The notes under the pieces are model-generated. The model had not been told where the DNA came from, did not search any database, and was given only the letters and a program-made list of their open reading frames with translations. From the NCBI RefSeq assembly GCF_033153115.1, contig NW_026889778.1, forward strand, positions 21,204,001 through 21,268,000: 64,000 bases of DNA, written 5' to 3'. The position numbers were made by a program, and so were the translations under genes. This document shows positions 25,359-39,596 of the stretch, one piece after another; the first letter of the stretch is position 1; each line of letters opens with the position of its first letter. Source of the stretch: Saccostrea echinata. Lineage: Eukaryota.

Positions 25359-25563
25359 GGAGGCTGAGGGCTCAACAAATTAACCATCAGATATAACTTA
25401 TTTTTTTAGATATGATATCTTAAGCTGTCAACTATCATTTGGCAAACAAAAATTTCATACATTTTAGTTTTAAAATTTGATCATTTTTGTATATCTTTAT
25501 ATGGAGCTCTTCTTCTAAAGGAGATCAATATAGTCTGAAAATGGCCACAACCACCCAGCCCTC
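25359..25563. mobile_element. Short TTAA-flanked non-autonomous DNA element (Kolobok/piggyBac-like target)
   Basis: TTAA-GGAGGCTGAGGG ... CACCCAGCCCTC-TTAA, with imperfect TIRs. Confidence 0.4.
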
Positions 25564-26143
25564 TTAATTTGAAAAAGAAATAAAAATATGAATAGTTAGC
25601 CTATAGCTAAGCGACAGAAAAACTTTAATCTAAAAAGCCCATTTGAGCCAAACGGTTTTGCTGCAAGAAATCACATCTCAAAACCTACAAGTTTATTCTG
25701 TAACAAAATTTAATGCTGTATTCTGCTACATTTTAAGAGCAATGCATAGATGTATTTACTACAGATACCCTTTCAATTGAAAACGAATTACAAGTCTTGC
25801 ATTTTTTTTACTTTATTTACGACAAAACAACAACAGTTTAGCAACAAATGTAAAGCATTTTTGTGGTCTGAGCTAGTTCAATAAACAAAATGAAATAGTA
25901 TTCATGCTTGGTCAAACTGTACAATGTAATGCAAAGGATATTTTTCAAATATTAAAAAAACAAAATGTTTTTCTTTTTTTATGTGTGGCATCTATTATAT
26001 GAAGGTTAAATACTGTAGTTACATACTTGTTTTGAATAACATTTATGATGTTTGAACAATTTCGTTACTTAACGATTCCATTAATGAGTTTGCACCGACA
26101 TAAATAACGGCTCTGATAATGCAAACAACGGTGAAAATAGCGC

Positions 26144-29100
26144 TTAATCATCAAATGAATTGCCCCATAGAAGAATCTTAAGTTTAGGATTTGATGACGT
26201 CACGATCCGCACTCTGTATTTCAAGTCATCGGACGTTGCGGAAGGATTTGTGTGTTCTTTTCCCAAACGGTTATAGCAAAGTTTAAGTAAAGTCAGAGTA
26301 GGGTTACATTCCAGCACGTCGAGCATTTTTGAGAATCCATCGTTCGTTATTCCACACATGTTTAAGCCCAGTGTTTTAATGCTCTTATTGCGTTCTAAAG
26401 CAGCAGATAACTTCGCTACGCCTGCGTCAGCAATGAAGTTAACACTGATATCTAAGTTTGTAAGCGTTTTGTTTGACATGATGACGTCAGCCAACATTGC
26501 ACATCCAGATGACGTAATTCCACAGTTCTCCAAATTAAGGTCCACAAGCGCACACTTCTCATTCAGATGGCGGCACATCATTTCCATTCCGTTATCACCT
26601 ATAAAGTTCCTACTAAGGTCCAAAACAGTTAGAGTCTTACTTTGCTGAACACCTTCAAACAAAATACCACACCCAATCCACGATATCCCGGAGCTGCGCA
26701 AGCGCAGTTTACTGATACTTTTATTTTGCTTTAGCATATTGCCCAAACAAATACAGCCACTGTCTCCGATCTCCAGAAAACTCATGTCTAAGTCTGTAAC
26801 GGTGTTATTCTGTTTCAGAGCGTCAGACAGGTTCTTACACCCCTCATGGTCAATTCCTGTGGAGGATATATTAAGTTGCCGTAAATATGTGTTCTTCGCC
26901 AGTGGTACAGCTAAAAGTCGTGCTCCTTCGTTTCCGATCGAGTTTAATCTCAGGTCTAAGACAGTAAGACTTGTACTTGACTGGATTGCTTGGGACATGT
27001 AACCAATGTCTCGTCCTGTCAGTTGGGTTTTGCCAATCCTTAGCTCGAGAATACAGTTGTACTTACTCACAACCTTTGCCAGAGCTCGGGCTCGACCTTC
27101 GTGCAAGGAATGTCCGGAAATGCAAATGTTGATGACTGGGGTTCCATGATTTATCAAGACGGAATCGTCACTTCCTCGTCCCTCGCTTGAAACAGACATG
27201 TACGAGAGACGTGATGCTCTCTTGAAGAAAAGAGAATCCCTGGAAAATCTCTTACTTGTGTCTCTCGTTTTCTCTAGTTCTACAACAGGCTTCAGAACGC
27301 CTGTTTCAGCGTTGTAATACCCGATTTCAAATGTGACAGTTTTCTCTTCCTCCATCACTGGGATTTCTTCGCTAGCGATGGCAGGAATATTGTAAACCAC
27401 ATCATATGTATCCTTCATAACATCCATGATCAAAGCAAGACATTTGTAATCATTGGTGTCTCTAAGAATATCACAGAAAATGAAAAACTTTGAATATGGT
27501 CCCTCTAGTAAGTTGTGAAGAATGCTTTCGCAGACAAGTCGACGATCGGGATGTTCTTGGAATGCCAAAATATCTTCATCAGAAATGATATTTTTTTCTT
27601 TGAGTTCATTCAAAATGGTAAGCGGATCAAGTTTCTGACACAAAAGTTCTAAAGAACTTTGTATTATCAGTCTGTGTCTTTCCTCTTGCGGGACTATTTC
27701 CGAAGCACGTCTCTGTCGACTGAAATTTCTGCGCGGAGTAAGGTCGGGGGTCACGATTTTAATACGATTAGGAGTAAATGTCTGCTCGCTCCTGGCGGGT
27801 CGTGAAATAATCGGCTTCACTTCGTCTACATTTTTTATTATCTCCTCCTTTTTCTCCAAAATATCATTATTATTTTCATTCGTTTGCACGGGGATCTCCT
27901 GACGCACTGGTGCAACGTGTGCTGTCGGAATATTAGCATTGTCACGGGTTCGAGAATTTTGGTAAGCTTGAGACATTATGAATGAATTTCGTTCTGATCC
28001 CGGATTTATTACAGCAGAATTCCGTGGAGTACTGATCGATGAAGACCGGAACAGGAACATTCTGGGTGGTTTAGGGGGCGGTCTCAAACTGTGGCTTCGA
28101 TGAGCTCTTCCGGTCTCCTCTTCAATTTGCGTTGCATCAACTATCGGAAGGTTGCCATTTTCTAGGTCTGATCTCAGCTTTTCAAGTTCTTTTTGCTTTT
28201 GATCGCCTCGACGTAAGTGAAGTTTTTGCCAAAATTTCCATCTCGAGGTCTCTTCATCAGGTATATCTAACAAAAGAAGAAAGTGGTTGTGAAACAAAAC
28301 AGCTTTTTATTATCAATGCTAAATACCAGAAAGGCTCTGAAAATTATGAATAAATGTCGGAATAACGATGTATCACATAATTTCATAAAATCGATGCGCA
28401 GGGAAATTGCCTAAGGTTTAGACAGAAGCACAACAGGCTGAAATATCTACATTAAACAATATACAGCAAATTGAAACGCATCGTAGAATACAGGTCTTAT
28501 TACATGTAACGTATAATTAAATCTATAGCGCAACCAGGAACAATAATTATCATGATAATGAAAAAGGAAATGAAGGATTGGTTGTAGTTACACAACACAT
28601 TGGTGAAAAGTGCATTTTTAGAAAACAAAATATCAGAAAACCTTCATCTGTGAAATCCCACTGTTCTGCCCAAGCTTCTTGTTCATGCCGCCGACAATTA
28701 TAGTTAGATCCGCCAAACAGTTGGCGATTTACAAACACAAAACAACCACTCATTTTCTTATGTCATACTTCTGTAAAGTGGTCCCAAAGATGAAAAGAAA
28801 GTAGAAAATCTTAATATTCCAATGTCACAGTAATTATAGCATATCATTTAAGGCTGTGACGTCAAACATCCAACAGTGGTGAAATCCTCTAATGAAAAAT
28901 TTGCAGAATCATCGACTTTCAAAACACTTTTATAATCAGAGTTATGTCGATAGCAGCTACAACATGTTACACCTTCACTGAATCCATCAGTTGACAATAG
29001 GGTAAACGTGTTCCCCGTGAAAAACCTGCATGACTAAAGAGAGAAAGAATCTTAAAAACACCTCCGTTCTATCGACTAACTCCAAACTTTCTGGCAGCAT

Positions 29101-32100
29101 CTAACAAAATCGATCAAACAATGCGAAAGCTCGAGACAGAAGGAGAATAATTCTGCATGCCCCAGCTAAAAAAAAATCTATGTCATCACTGCTGAATATC
29201 AGTGCACGAAAGACAGTAAAAGTTTGCAGAAGGCATCCCAAAAAGCTTAAAACACAAGTCGTGTAAATTGGTACCACGTGACTTTTTTCTCTGGTCAGAT
29301 CACGGATTTTAACAATGAATGACAATCCGTGTCTGTCTTATGATATGTTTGTTTCTAAGCAGACGTTACCTTAGTAAATTGACTGTTATAGCAGATAACA
29401 TAACAAACATGTGTTACTGGTTAAGTTCACTTGTTGAATGCTATTTCATCCTGGGTCTTTGATGAGCTACTGACAGATTGTCAGGTTTTACGACGTCTTT
29501 GATGAAATCTGAGAACAATTAACATTTTTTATAATTCTGTTAATGTATTGCCTCATACATGTTTTCGATTTGACATTTTCCGAATTAAATATACAACTCA
29601 CTTTTTGAACCTATATAACTTTAGCTTGAATGTATAGCAGGCGCAGTGTATATTTCTTATGGAACATTTTGTAGAAAGTTACATCGTTTGTGATGGAAAA
29701 GCATACATTCATGCAAAAAGCTGAAGTGCTCCGAGGTGAGGGCGTACACTTCAAAGTGGGTGGGGGGAGGGGGGTGCTGCCCACAAGCATAATTGATTCC
29801 AGTCGATAGTAAATTGAAAAGATTCAATGCTAATTAAAAATTGATCAAATTAAATTAAATACAGCAACATTTATGGGTCATTATGAAGTCAATTTACAAA
29901 TGTAATAAACGATAAATTCGTGATTTCTTTTTTCTAAATGTGTGTATATTTATCAGGATGCTATGATCAAAGTACCAAGCTTAAGCATCTCTGGATAAAT
30001 TCTCTCTCTCTCTCTCTCTCAAAGTTCTCTGCCCATTTAATGTTATTAATGCATAATAGAAAATCTCATCAGACACATTCACTTACCATTAGATTACTAA
30101 GAATATTAAAACAAATTCCCTACACAATCCCAGAGCTAGCCAACAAAGTGTAATAGACTCTTCTGCGATAGAAGATCGATATCGTCTATATAGACAACTG
30201 CCGCTACCGAAGTATCGATCAGACAGAACACCAGATGACCTTAACTTAAAGCTGACAAAACAAGAGGTGTGTTTGAAATGGCGTTAGATGGCGAGTATTT
30301 TGTACCAGGGCCTGAATAAATAAAACATTAGCTCGGATACCGGGATTTTTGATTGATTTTCATGGATTCTGCAAGAACGTAAAGACTCTGTTAATTAAAA
30401 CCCATCCGATCTCGTTTCCCATGTTTTAATTGCTCTATTTCTGTTCGACTTCTTAAATATTTAAATCAATGGAAGGCCACATTTCGAATTTTATACTTAA
30501 TATTCTTCCCTCACGAGAATTTGTCTTTATTAATATGCAGAATCAAAATATGTTTTTCATGATGTCTATAATAATTTACTAACAATCAGGCATATTAACG
30601 TGATTACTCTGTAGCAGAATCAATAAATGGCATAAAAGAATTTATGTAATATTCAGAAAGACATTATGCAATTTACCCACCAGAGAATAGGTCGTCACGT
30701 GATAGCCCACGTCGCAGAGCTTTGGGAAGCAGATGAAACATTTCTAATACTATACGTATCACATAATTTTTATCCAAAAGCAAATAAAAACGTCCAGTCC
30801 TTATATACCTCCTCGGTGAAAGCCTTCCAGCTCATCTGAAGTTGCATGTGTATCTGTACGAATGAAGATTATACTAATTCTTAGCGTGCCTAGCACATAA
30901 AGTGCCGATAAGAAAATATAGTGTATGATGCGATATATTTCCTTGTTTGTCAACATAAACTTTCCCTTTTTATGTAATAAAAATAGAAATGAATAATACG
31001 TTCTATTAAATATAAAATCTAAGGGATGGAAATGAAATTAGAATCTCTGAACCCGGACATTTTAATTCTGAGTAATATTTATTGAAATATTATACTAAAT
31101 ACATATAGAGTGTATCATATGTTATAGAGAGGTTGTATAACTAATTATTATATATTATCGTTTTTCCTTGTGTCGCAAAATTAGGAGTATTATTTATCCT
31201 TATGTCACTTCCACGTAGAACTTGTTACAATGCTCTTTTGTTTAGACAAAGGATAGGACCTAGAATCCATCCAGCCTCACCCGTCCCTGGGGATAGGGGT
31301 TGTTGGAAAAGGGGCATATAGGTAATCTGCACTTATAGATAGTTCTGGGTTTACAAAACCTTTATTTTCGTCCGCCCATATAATATAGAACTAGATCGGA
31401 AAACCTCATCAGAATCTCCTTATCTATATTGCATTAGTACCACTCCCAATTAAGATGAATAAGAACAAAATCAACTGAGTTTTTTTATGTATTTTATAAC
31501 ATATGTAAAACAAAATAATAAAAATTAACTTATTTCCCGCCGCAACATTAAAAAGAGTAATAACATATCACTTTTAAAACCATTTCACAAATAAGTTTGT
31601 TTTATATTACGTGGATTATTGTTTGAAAATTATAATCATATATTTTTTCGCGTTAATTAAGGAAAAGGGAAATGCATCCAACACTTAGCAGAGCAGGGTA
31701 ATATATACCACATAAAGTAGACTTTAAGGCGCCCGATATTAAACACAGGAATGCACAACAAAGTATCCATATTTCAGCCATCCGTTAATCTTATTATACT
31801 AAACATCGTCAAGATAATCTTTAACATACAGTCGTCTTCACATGTTTTCATTTGAACAAGATTAAAATATGATGTTAATTTTGTCCCTGTTTCTAAAACA
31901 TGGATAGATCAAAAAACGCTATCTGGATGCCTGATGATTCTATAAAAACCTGATAGCATAAAACCAGATTTACATAGAGAATATCAACAAAACACTTTGG
32001 AGTAACTTTTTTTGTAAACAGGTGCTTGCTGTAAGACAATAATGTACGTTAATGAGGTTGTATGGGGCTCCATGAAGCGCTAACAAATGTGCGGCATCTG

Positions 32101-33727
32101 GTCCATAGATATACAGAAAAAGTTTCTGATGGACAGGAGGCGAGATGCTAAATTTTTAACTTCCTACCTGCATCTTCCTACTGATATAAGCAACATATTT
32201 TTTTGGAAAAAATTTCTTAAAATTGAAAGTTTGTTTTGTTTTGTTTTTTTTAATTTTTCATTACACTGCTGATTTTATATTAATGCACCGTGCATTATAC
32301 ACTGTCAAAATCCAATCTGTCAGTTTTACATGTAATTAAACGATATACACTTAGTACATGCCCTTACATTTCTAATTACTAACAGTATATGCTTGTAACA
32401 CTGCTTAAATGTATTTTCGATTTTCACTTATTTTTCACTTCCTACTAACCAATTAAGAAAAATTGATGTGACAAGCCATTCTGGGTCCCTTTAACTCATT
32501 TTGCACTTACATAAAAGTAAAAGTCATGTACATATATTTAGACGCATCGCTTCGTTTCTCTGCAATCAATGCATGTGTGATGGTAGAATTTTCAACATGT
32601 TTTATGTTTCATGGTAGAATACTTAACAATCCTCGATAGCTTCCTGTGTGTTTATCAGCAGCAGAATTTATGACATTTAGCAGAAATAAAAAAAAATAAT
32701 ACAGTGTCATAAATCTAATTTCAGCAACATGAAAAAAGTGAACAGATGTATAAAATTATGTTGTGATATATTGATTTTAAAAATAGATTAAGGGGATTCT
32801 CCTCAAAGGGTTTCATGTCCCAAAAGAAATCAGTGAAATGGGAAAACGGTGTCAGTGCCTGTTTCTGTGACGTCATAACCATTTTTGAAGTTATTTGATT
32901 TATTAACATATTACAATCAAATAAACCATTTCTAAAAACTGTATGGTACTCTTCTAGTGGGAAAACGGAAATCCTATTCACATTTAATAATATATCACGA
33001 TTACGCGTGGGAGTCTGTATTTATCATAATCCAGTTAATTGTGGCTAATGAATATACTAGTATACGACTTTAGAGTATGTTGTTAGGTCTTTTTCGAAAT
33101 ATAAATGGTTTCAACGATTTAAAAAAAACAAATCAATGCCAAATCTTACTGCCTTTTTAAACATGCAATATCTATAGTGTCTTTTCTTTCTTTTTTTTAC
33201 AGGACCCTCATACAGATATATCGTGACTTTATCATCATTGTGTGTCAACAATAGACGGCCCTGAATTATGTCATTGAGAATGTTGAAAATTTTAAAAATA
33301 GCATGATCTTCAGTTTTCTTTCTTTCTTTCATATTGTCTTTTCCTGTATTTTTAACAATTCACAACCATTTATCTTCAGATCAAAGGATAAATAGCTTAA
33401 TTAATAAGAGAGCACCTGTTTCCTGACATGTTTTGGCTATCAACTACGTGACTGTAATTTCTGTACAAGGTCATGCATTTCAGAGGCATTCCGATATAAA
33501 TTAATTTGGAGAGGTTGACAGTCCGTTATAAAGTATGCTTTAAACACTTTATCTACCTTATACTTTTCAGGCTTCACTGAAATGAAGGTGTTGAAAGATA
33601 AAAACTTTTATATTAACTTACCTGTCGGTGAATTTAGGGCGAGTTCTGTCCCTTTAGCTCCATAGGGCAGGTTGTCCGGGTCTTTTACGCCCCTTCTGTT
33701 AACGGCACAACTCAAGTTGCCCCCCAT
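26144..33727 (-). CDS. N-myristoylation-motif CARD + RI-type LRR protein (NLR-like but lacking NACHT), ~742 aa
   Basis: Exon 1 33727-33622 (gtcATGG; MGGNLSCAVNRRGVKDPDNLPYGAKGTELALNSPT, phase-1 donor CAG|GTAAGT) joins the polypyrimidine acceptor ttcttttgttag|28266-26144 in frame (2229 nt total). Contains a PPPKPPR motif, a CARD-like six-helix segment (HRLIIQSSLELLCQKLDPLTILNELKEKNIIS...FFIFCDIL, ~27680-27425) and about ten 28-aa LRRs (e.g. LTVLDLRLNSIGNEGARLLA). The ORF-track N-terminus MFHNHFLLLL is intronic. Confidence 0.88.
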
Positions 33728-36700
33728 GACAGGTCAATTTGGCAAGGAGTTATGGTTATTCCTTATTGATGAAAACTGCAATGAAATATTCGACTATAAG
33801 TCACACCTATATTGTACATACTCCAAGCTGATAGGCACAAAATCGGATATACACATTATCCGAACGTCTAAATATATATCTACACTTAAGTATAGAATGG
33901 TCGACCAATAATTAACTGCCGATGGTAAATTCCCATGGTGTGTATGTAGTGATATTATTATATAAGTCAAGCAAAGTATGGTAATTGAATTGCAAAGATA
34001 CACACACCGTTCCCACACCAATGGAAAGGCGTGCTAATTGAAAACGCGTGTGTTCAATTCAGAAAGCCGCGAAATTCTCTCATTCAGTTGTTTCATTCAA
34101 TAACTTACTACCGTGCGTGTGTCGTAACGTTGTCAAAAGAAAGTGCCTTACATATATGAACATCCTTGCAGGAAAAACCTAACAATCTTATCTAACTAGG
34201 TGCAATTCTAGTGGGTGGTAAAATGGAATATGCATAAACTGGGCGTTGTGTGAATTTAAAGTCGCGCGAGTTCATGATGATTTCACTAAATTTTTTATCA
34301 AAACTCTCCTTAATGAAATTTCATCCCAGAGATTTATTCATAAACAAATGTCTATCCCACGACCGCATCGTACTCTCTGTTCAGTGCATTCCACTGAAAT
34401 GTTGGCTTATAAATGAATATGCCGATGATATAAAATCAACATAATTTTCTGATTTTCTACTACAAAATTAACACGACCCTCTGAAGTAACTAGAGGTCAC
34501 TGTAGAATTACAGATAAAATATACACGTATATAAAGAAACTGTGAATCATTGGTTGATTAACTGATTTACCTCTTAAATCTGATAATATCAACGAATATT
34601 TTACATGTCTTCGTTATACTATTGAGTTTTTGTACAGAACTGGCATCTAATTATCCAATTTAATTAGACCATTTTTAAATTACGTATACAGACAAAATAT
34701 ATCAAAAAGAATAATGATTTTCTGATATTTTTTCTAGGAAAAAAAATCCTCACTGTCAGTTGCCAATTAGTTACCTTATTGATTGAATAACTAGGTCATC
34801 TGTTTCCTATGTATTATACATTTTCAATTAGTACGTCTAGTCGGTGGTCATTTAGAGAGGCGTCTACAAGGTTTCCCAATGTGTGGCTTATTCATATTTA
34901 ATGATACAGGACTGGAAAAGGCACTATATTATACACACCATACATTTATTTGAATTGAATCAAGTTCTGGGAATTGTGTTTTCTCTGCATACTTCATTTC
35001 CTTTTTGAACATTAGTGGCGTTAATTAAACTCTACACCATGGGTGGGAAGTCTATGAAATAGGTCTGAGCACAGCAATTTAATTAATTAATTAATTAAAT
35101 ATTATGTATATACACTGAACAATGCTTCTTATAGCAGTCACTACAGAAATTGTAATGTATGAACTTTATTCTCATAAATGAAAAAAAAAACAGTGAGAGA
35201 AGATATGCACAATATAATAAACAGAAAATACATGTATTACATGCCTGAAGAATGGATAACAGAGCGTAATATCAACCAAGAGAGCCAACTCTCTCAATTA
35301 TAATATCTAGCAATTTACAAATTTTGCTAAGTTGACTAGTATCGGCTACATTAAAAAGCATTTCAAATTTGAAAACATTTGGATCCGATTGAAAATATTT
35401 TGACAAATACATATAACTCTTGAGTTCTTTATAGATACATGTAAGTCAGTACATTCAAATAAGGAATGAAATTCATCTCCGATAAATTCTGTATCAGTTG
35501 ATGAAAATTATTAAATTTTTCACGAGTTATTACTGCTAATTATAAGGTATACAAGAGTTGCTTGAAAACACATTATTTTTGCTTGTGCAAATCAATGAGT
35601 TTACATTTTTTCAATTGATATGTATTTTTGATAATTAATAAAAGAAAAAAAAGTCTATACAATGTAAAAAGCGTGCATTACAAGGAATGACAACGGTTTT
35701 GGGCCTGAATTCGTTACGAAAATTAATATCTTGTCTTAAAATGTTGATGAAATTGCATGGAATTCAGAATTTTTACAAATGCCTGATAAACATCAAGTGG
35801 AATTTAAGCTTGCATGGCCCCTACTTACAAAAAAAAACCGTAACTATCTAGTTTTCAGGAATGACCCCCTTTGTCACTTATGAACGTTTTTATTTTTCAA
35901 TTGCGGGGTTTCTTGGAAGGGGTGGGGGGGGTGGGGGGGGTGGGGGGGTCACGCAACTTGATTTTACGACAAATTTACTCAAGAACTTCTTATGAAGGTG
36001 TTTGGTTATCAAATTTTCGCTTTAGTAAATCATAAAAAAATTAAATTCAACATATACACATTTTTTGTTTTGCAAATGAAATACATGTAACTAAGTGACT
36101 ACTTAGTTGATTTTGTTCAGTGTACATCTATATAAATCAAATTCATGGATACAAGAGAGAGAGAGATTGCCGAAACCAAATGGAATTAGTTATAGATATT
36201 TTACAATTTACAGGTATCTTCCTTACCACATAAATAGCCTAATTAGCATTTTTTAAATTCCTTTGCATATACATAAAGTAAATGTTCTCTTGTTAAAATA
36301 AACATTACAATCTTCTCAGAGACGGGTTGAAAATATTTTGAACAAACAAGATAAATTTAAGGCACTTTAAATATTCTACACCTAAGAACATGTATTATTC
36401 CTCTCAAAATACGGTATATGCTGCATGGTCATAGGTACAGGATGGGGACACTAAAAATAACATACATGTATGTGAGATGGGGAGGGGGAGGGGGGATTCG
36501 TGCAAGACCAGTTACTTTTCTTCGAGAATATGGGGTGTCTGCATGCCTTTTACAGGTATGAAAAAAAATACATTTAATTTACTCCCAAAATAAATGTACA
36601 TACCTTCCCTTCTTTAAATATTCCAATAATATAGAGAGAAATTCATTGTTAAAGCCCTTACAAGGTAAACATTAAGAATTACCTTGGTTCTACACCATAA

Positions 36701-39596
36701 CTCCTTTTTGAGGAGTTTTAAGTTGGTTTCACCTTTACTTTCATATACACATACCTCTATATTTATACGCATATATATACAAGAACGTCTAAATAAATGC
36801 TAATGCAGATAAAAAAAAAAGTTACCTGTCTATGAATAATAAACTCCGCATGGTTTTGATGTTTATATTCACAGTAGTTCACATGTCGACAGTTTTAATA
36901 TCGGGCAAAAACTGTTTTATTCTGGTAGCTGTAATTGAGTTCTGGTATCTGATGAACAAATACAGGCACCAAGTACTTTAAGCTGATGAACGATCCTCTA
37001 TTTCAAACAAGTGAACCGACCCATACAGTTGTCAATACTTAACGAGGTTCCTTTGAGTGGAAATTATCGTAGTGTGTCATCTATACAGTCAACTTTTGAG
37101 CCCCTTTTCCCCTGCAAATGTGGAGTGATTTAATGATTGTCCTAAGTCAGTATTTATAAGAGTACGTTCCGAGATTCATTAAAGAATGAGAGAAACACTG
37201 CTTAATCACTGTGGTCTAATGAAGGAAAAATATAAATATTTAATTTCACGTCGGCCGTTCTCAAGAGAACAAAGTTACACATATATACATGTACGTGTTC
37301 ATCCGATAAAAATATCAAAACAAGTTTAAAATTACGACACCGAATAATCCCCAGTCTGTCTTAAAACTTCCTAAAGCCGCAGAAAAGGTCACTACCATTC
37401 AACTAAACCTCAGAATGTGCGCTCCTTATGTAAATACGTATTGCTATCGATCAGCTGTTCGCAGGTAAATTACACCTGAAGAATATCGATGCACAGAGAC
37501 GCTTGAGGCTCGCTTACTGAATGAAGATGTCACCAAACCTTGGCGCCCATGATTAAAAACTGGCCACAACAAAACGTTTTAAATTTCCTGCTCCCCGAGA
37601 TAAGATTTTTTGTGCCAAGGAAAATCCTGCTTAATATTCTTACACATATACAAGCATTGCCAGATTTGAGAATTAAACATGGAATCGCAGTATATCATAT
37701 ACAGAGGGCTCGTTTTGGTGAGTCGATATCCATTTTATGTGATCAGGACACGAATATATACATGAAATAAAACTTCCAGTTTTAATATACAACTTTCCTT
37801 TTCCGAAAAAAAAAAATAATTTCTCAAGTTGACATTTTCCTGTTTGACGGCGTTTCCCCTCTAAAATCGATAAAACTTCACACAAAAAAGATTAGAAATT
37901 TAAGTATTGAAGATGAAGAATATAACTAAATTTTTCTCACAGTTTTTTTTATTTTATTAACTTCAAGATAGCGTAATTAACTACTGGTATAACATATTTA
38001 AGGTTACTTTTCATAAATGATTCAATAGTGAACCCAAAGAGGGTGAGGTTAATATTTTTGTGACGCACCCCTACCTTTAACATATTATATGTGCATATAT
38101 TATTAAAGCTAAATGAATGCATTCAACACTTTGGTTGGTGAACCCAATCAGACTAAAAAAAACAACTAATGTGTATTATAGTACATGTAAACACAATTTG
38201 TTTTCTTCAAATGACAGTACTATAGTGAAAAACTAATCATTAATCTTACTTCAGAAATAAAATGCATTACTTTTGTTATATCCACATTGTATATACATAT
38301 TTCCTTAAAATATTTTCATTAGTTTTGTGATTTTTGATTCATCAAAAAATATTATAATGAGGAAATGAAGACTTGAAAGATTTCAATTACCAGTTAGAAG
38401 AGCAAAAAAGGAAACATTTAAATTATTATTATTTTAAATAGATGTACATATTTCCTGCCCAGGGTGAACAGCTGTTTCCGAATCAGCATCTGTGTACATT
38501 GTTTAGAACAGACTGAAGTTTTCCTGTGAAGTTTACATTTCATATTGACCAGAGTCACTACACCGTAAAAATCACGATTGTACACAATAGAAATAAATCT
38601 TTTATTGTCTCTTTATTTGAGGACATTTGATTAAATTACCCTTATTTCGGCCGTTACCCTCAGGACCCCGGGGTGGACGTTTTTCCGGTGTCAGATTAAT
38701 GACCCCTACTTTTAAAATGCTTTAATTTTATTTCAGAGGGAAAACATGTGATGAAACATGAGCAAAAGCCTTATAATAACCGCGTACGGTAAATGTACGC
38801 CATAGTTTTAACTAAATTATTTAAAGTGACATTGTCATTCACAAGAAATAAGAGTGCATTCAAAGCGTATACTTTATGAAATAAAAAAAATAATCTACGT
38901 TGATAAATACAAAAATGATAAGTTTAAGACTGTATGCACAAATATTCATTTTGAAATCAGGAATTACACATTTATTTCTGTAAATTTATATTCATTTTAT
39001 ACATTACAAGTTTGTAATACAATGAAATAGGTATTCGTATACAGACCTGCCGATATTTATATCCAGAAAACTCTAAATGAATAGTGAAATTAACACCGAA
39101 ATACAAAAATACAACGTGTTCGTGCCTTTTCCTACAAGCTGACAAAAATTTACACTCTACATGAAGAGTTTGATCGTCACCTGCTGTGAAAACCATATAT
39201 ATATGTCAACAAAGAAAAAAGTTTGTTTTTAGCTTTTATTCATTCCGATAGAAGCTGTTGATTCCCTTGGATACAATAACTGGCACCTTGTAAATATTGC
39301 GTAATAATCTTAATTTATTTAGTAACAAAATTTTATATATCGTACTTGTACATTGTGCATAATGTAATATAATTATATAATTAGTATAATAATCATATTT
39401 TAAACTAATTTCGTTATTTTTTGTTTCTTATAGTACACTTTTTCTATAAATATTCGGCCTGTTCTTAAGGTACATGTAAAAGTCTGGAGGCGGGGGGGGG
39501 GGGGGGGGACCGAGTTAGTCTGTGTACGAGTTGCTTTGATTTACATTGACACGTCCACTACTTCCGCTTTTCTTACCGTGTGTAAACCAAACGAAG

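Noticed and set aside
36820-36960. Alternative upstream coding exon for the CARD-LRR gene (donor near 36828)
   Set aside because: The phase-1 frame needed for the 28266 acceptor contains a stop. At most a non-coding exon.
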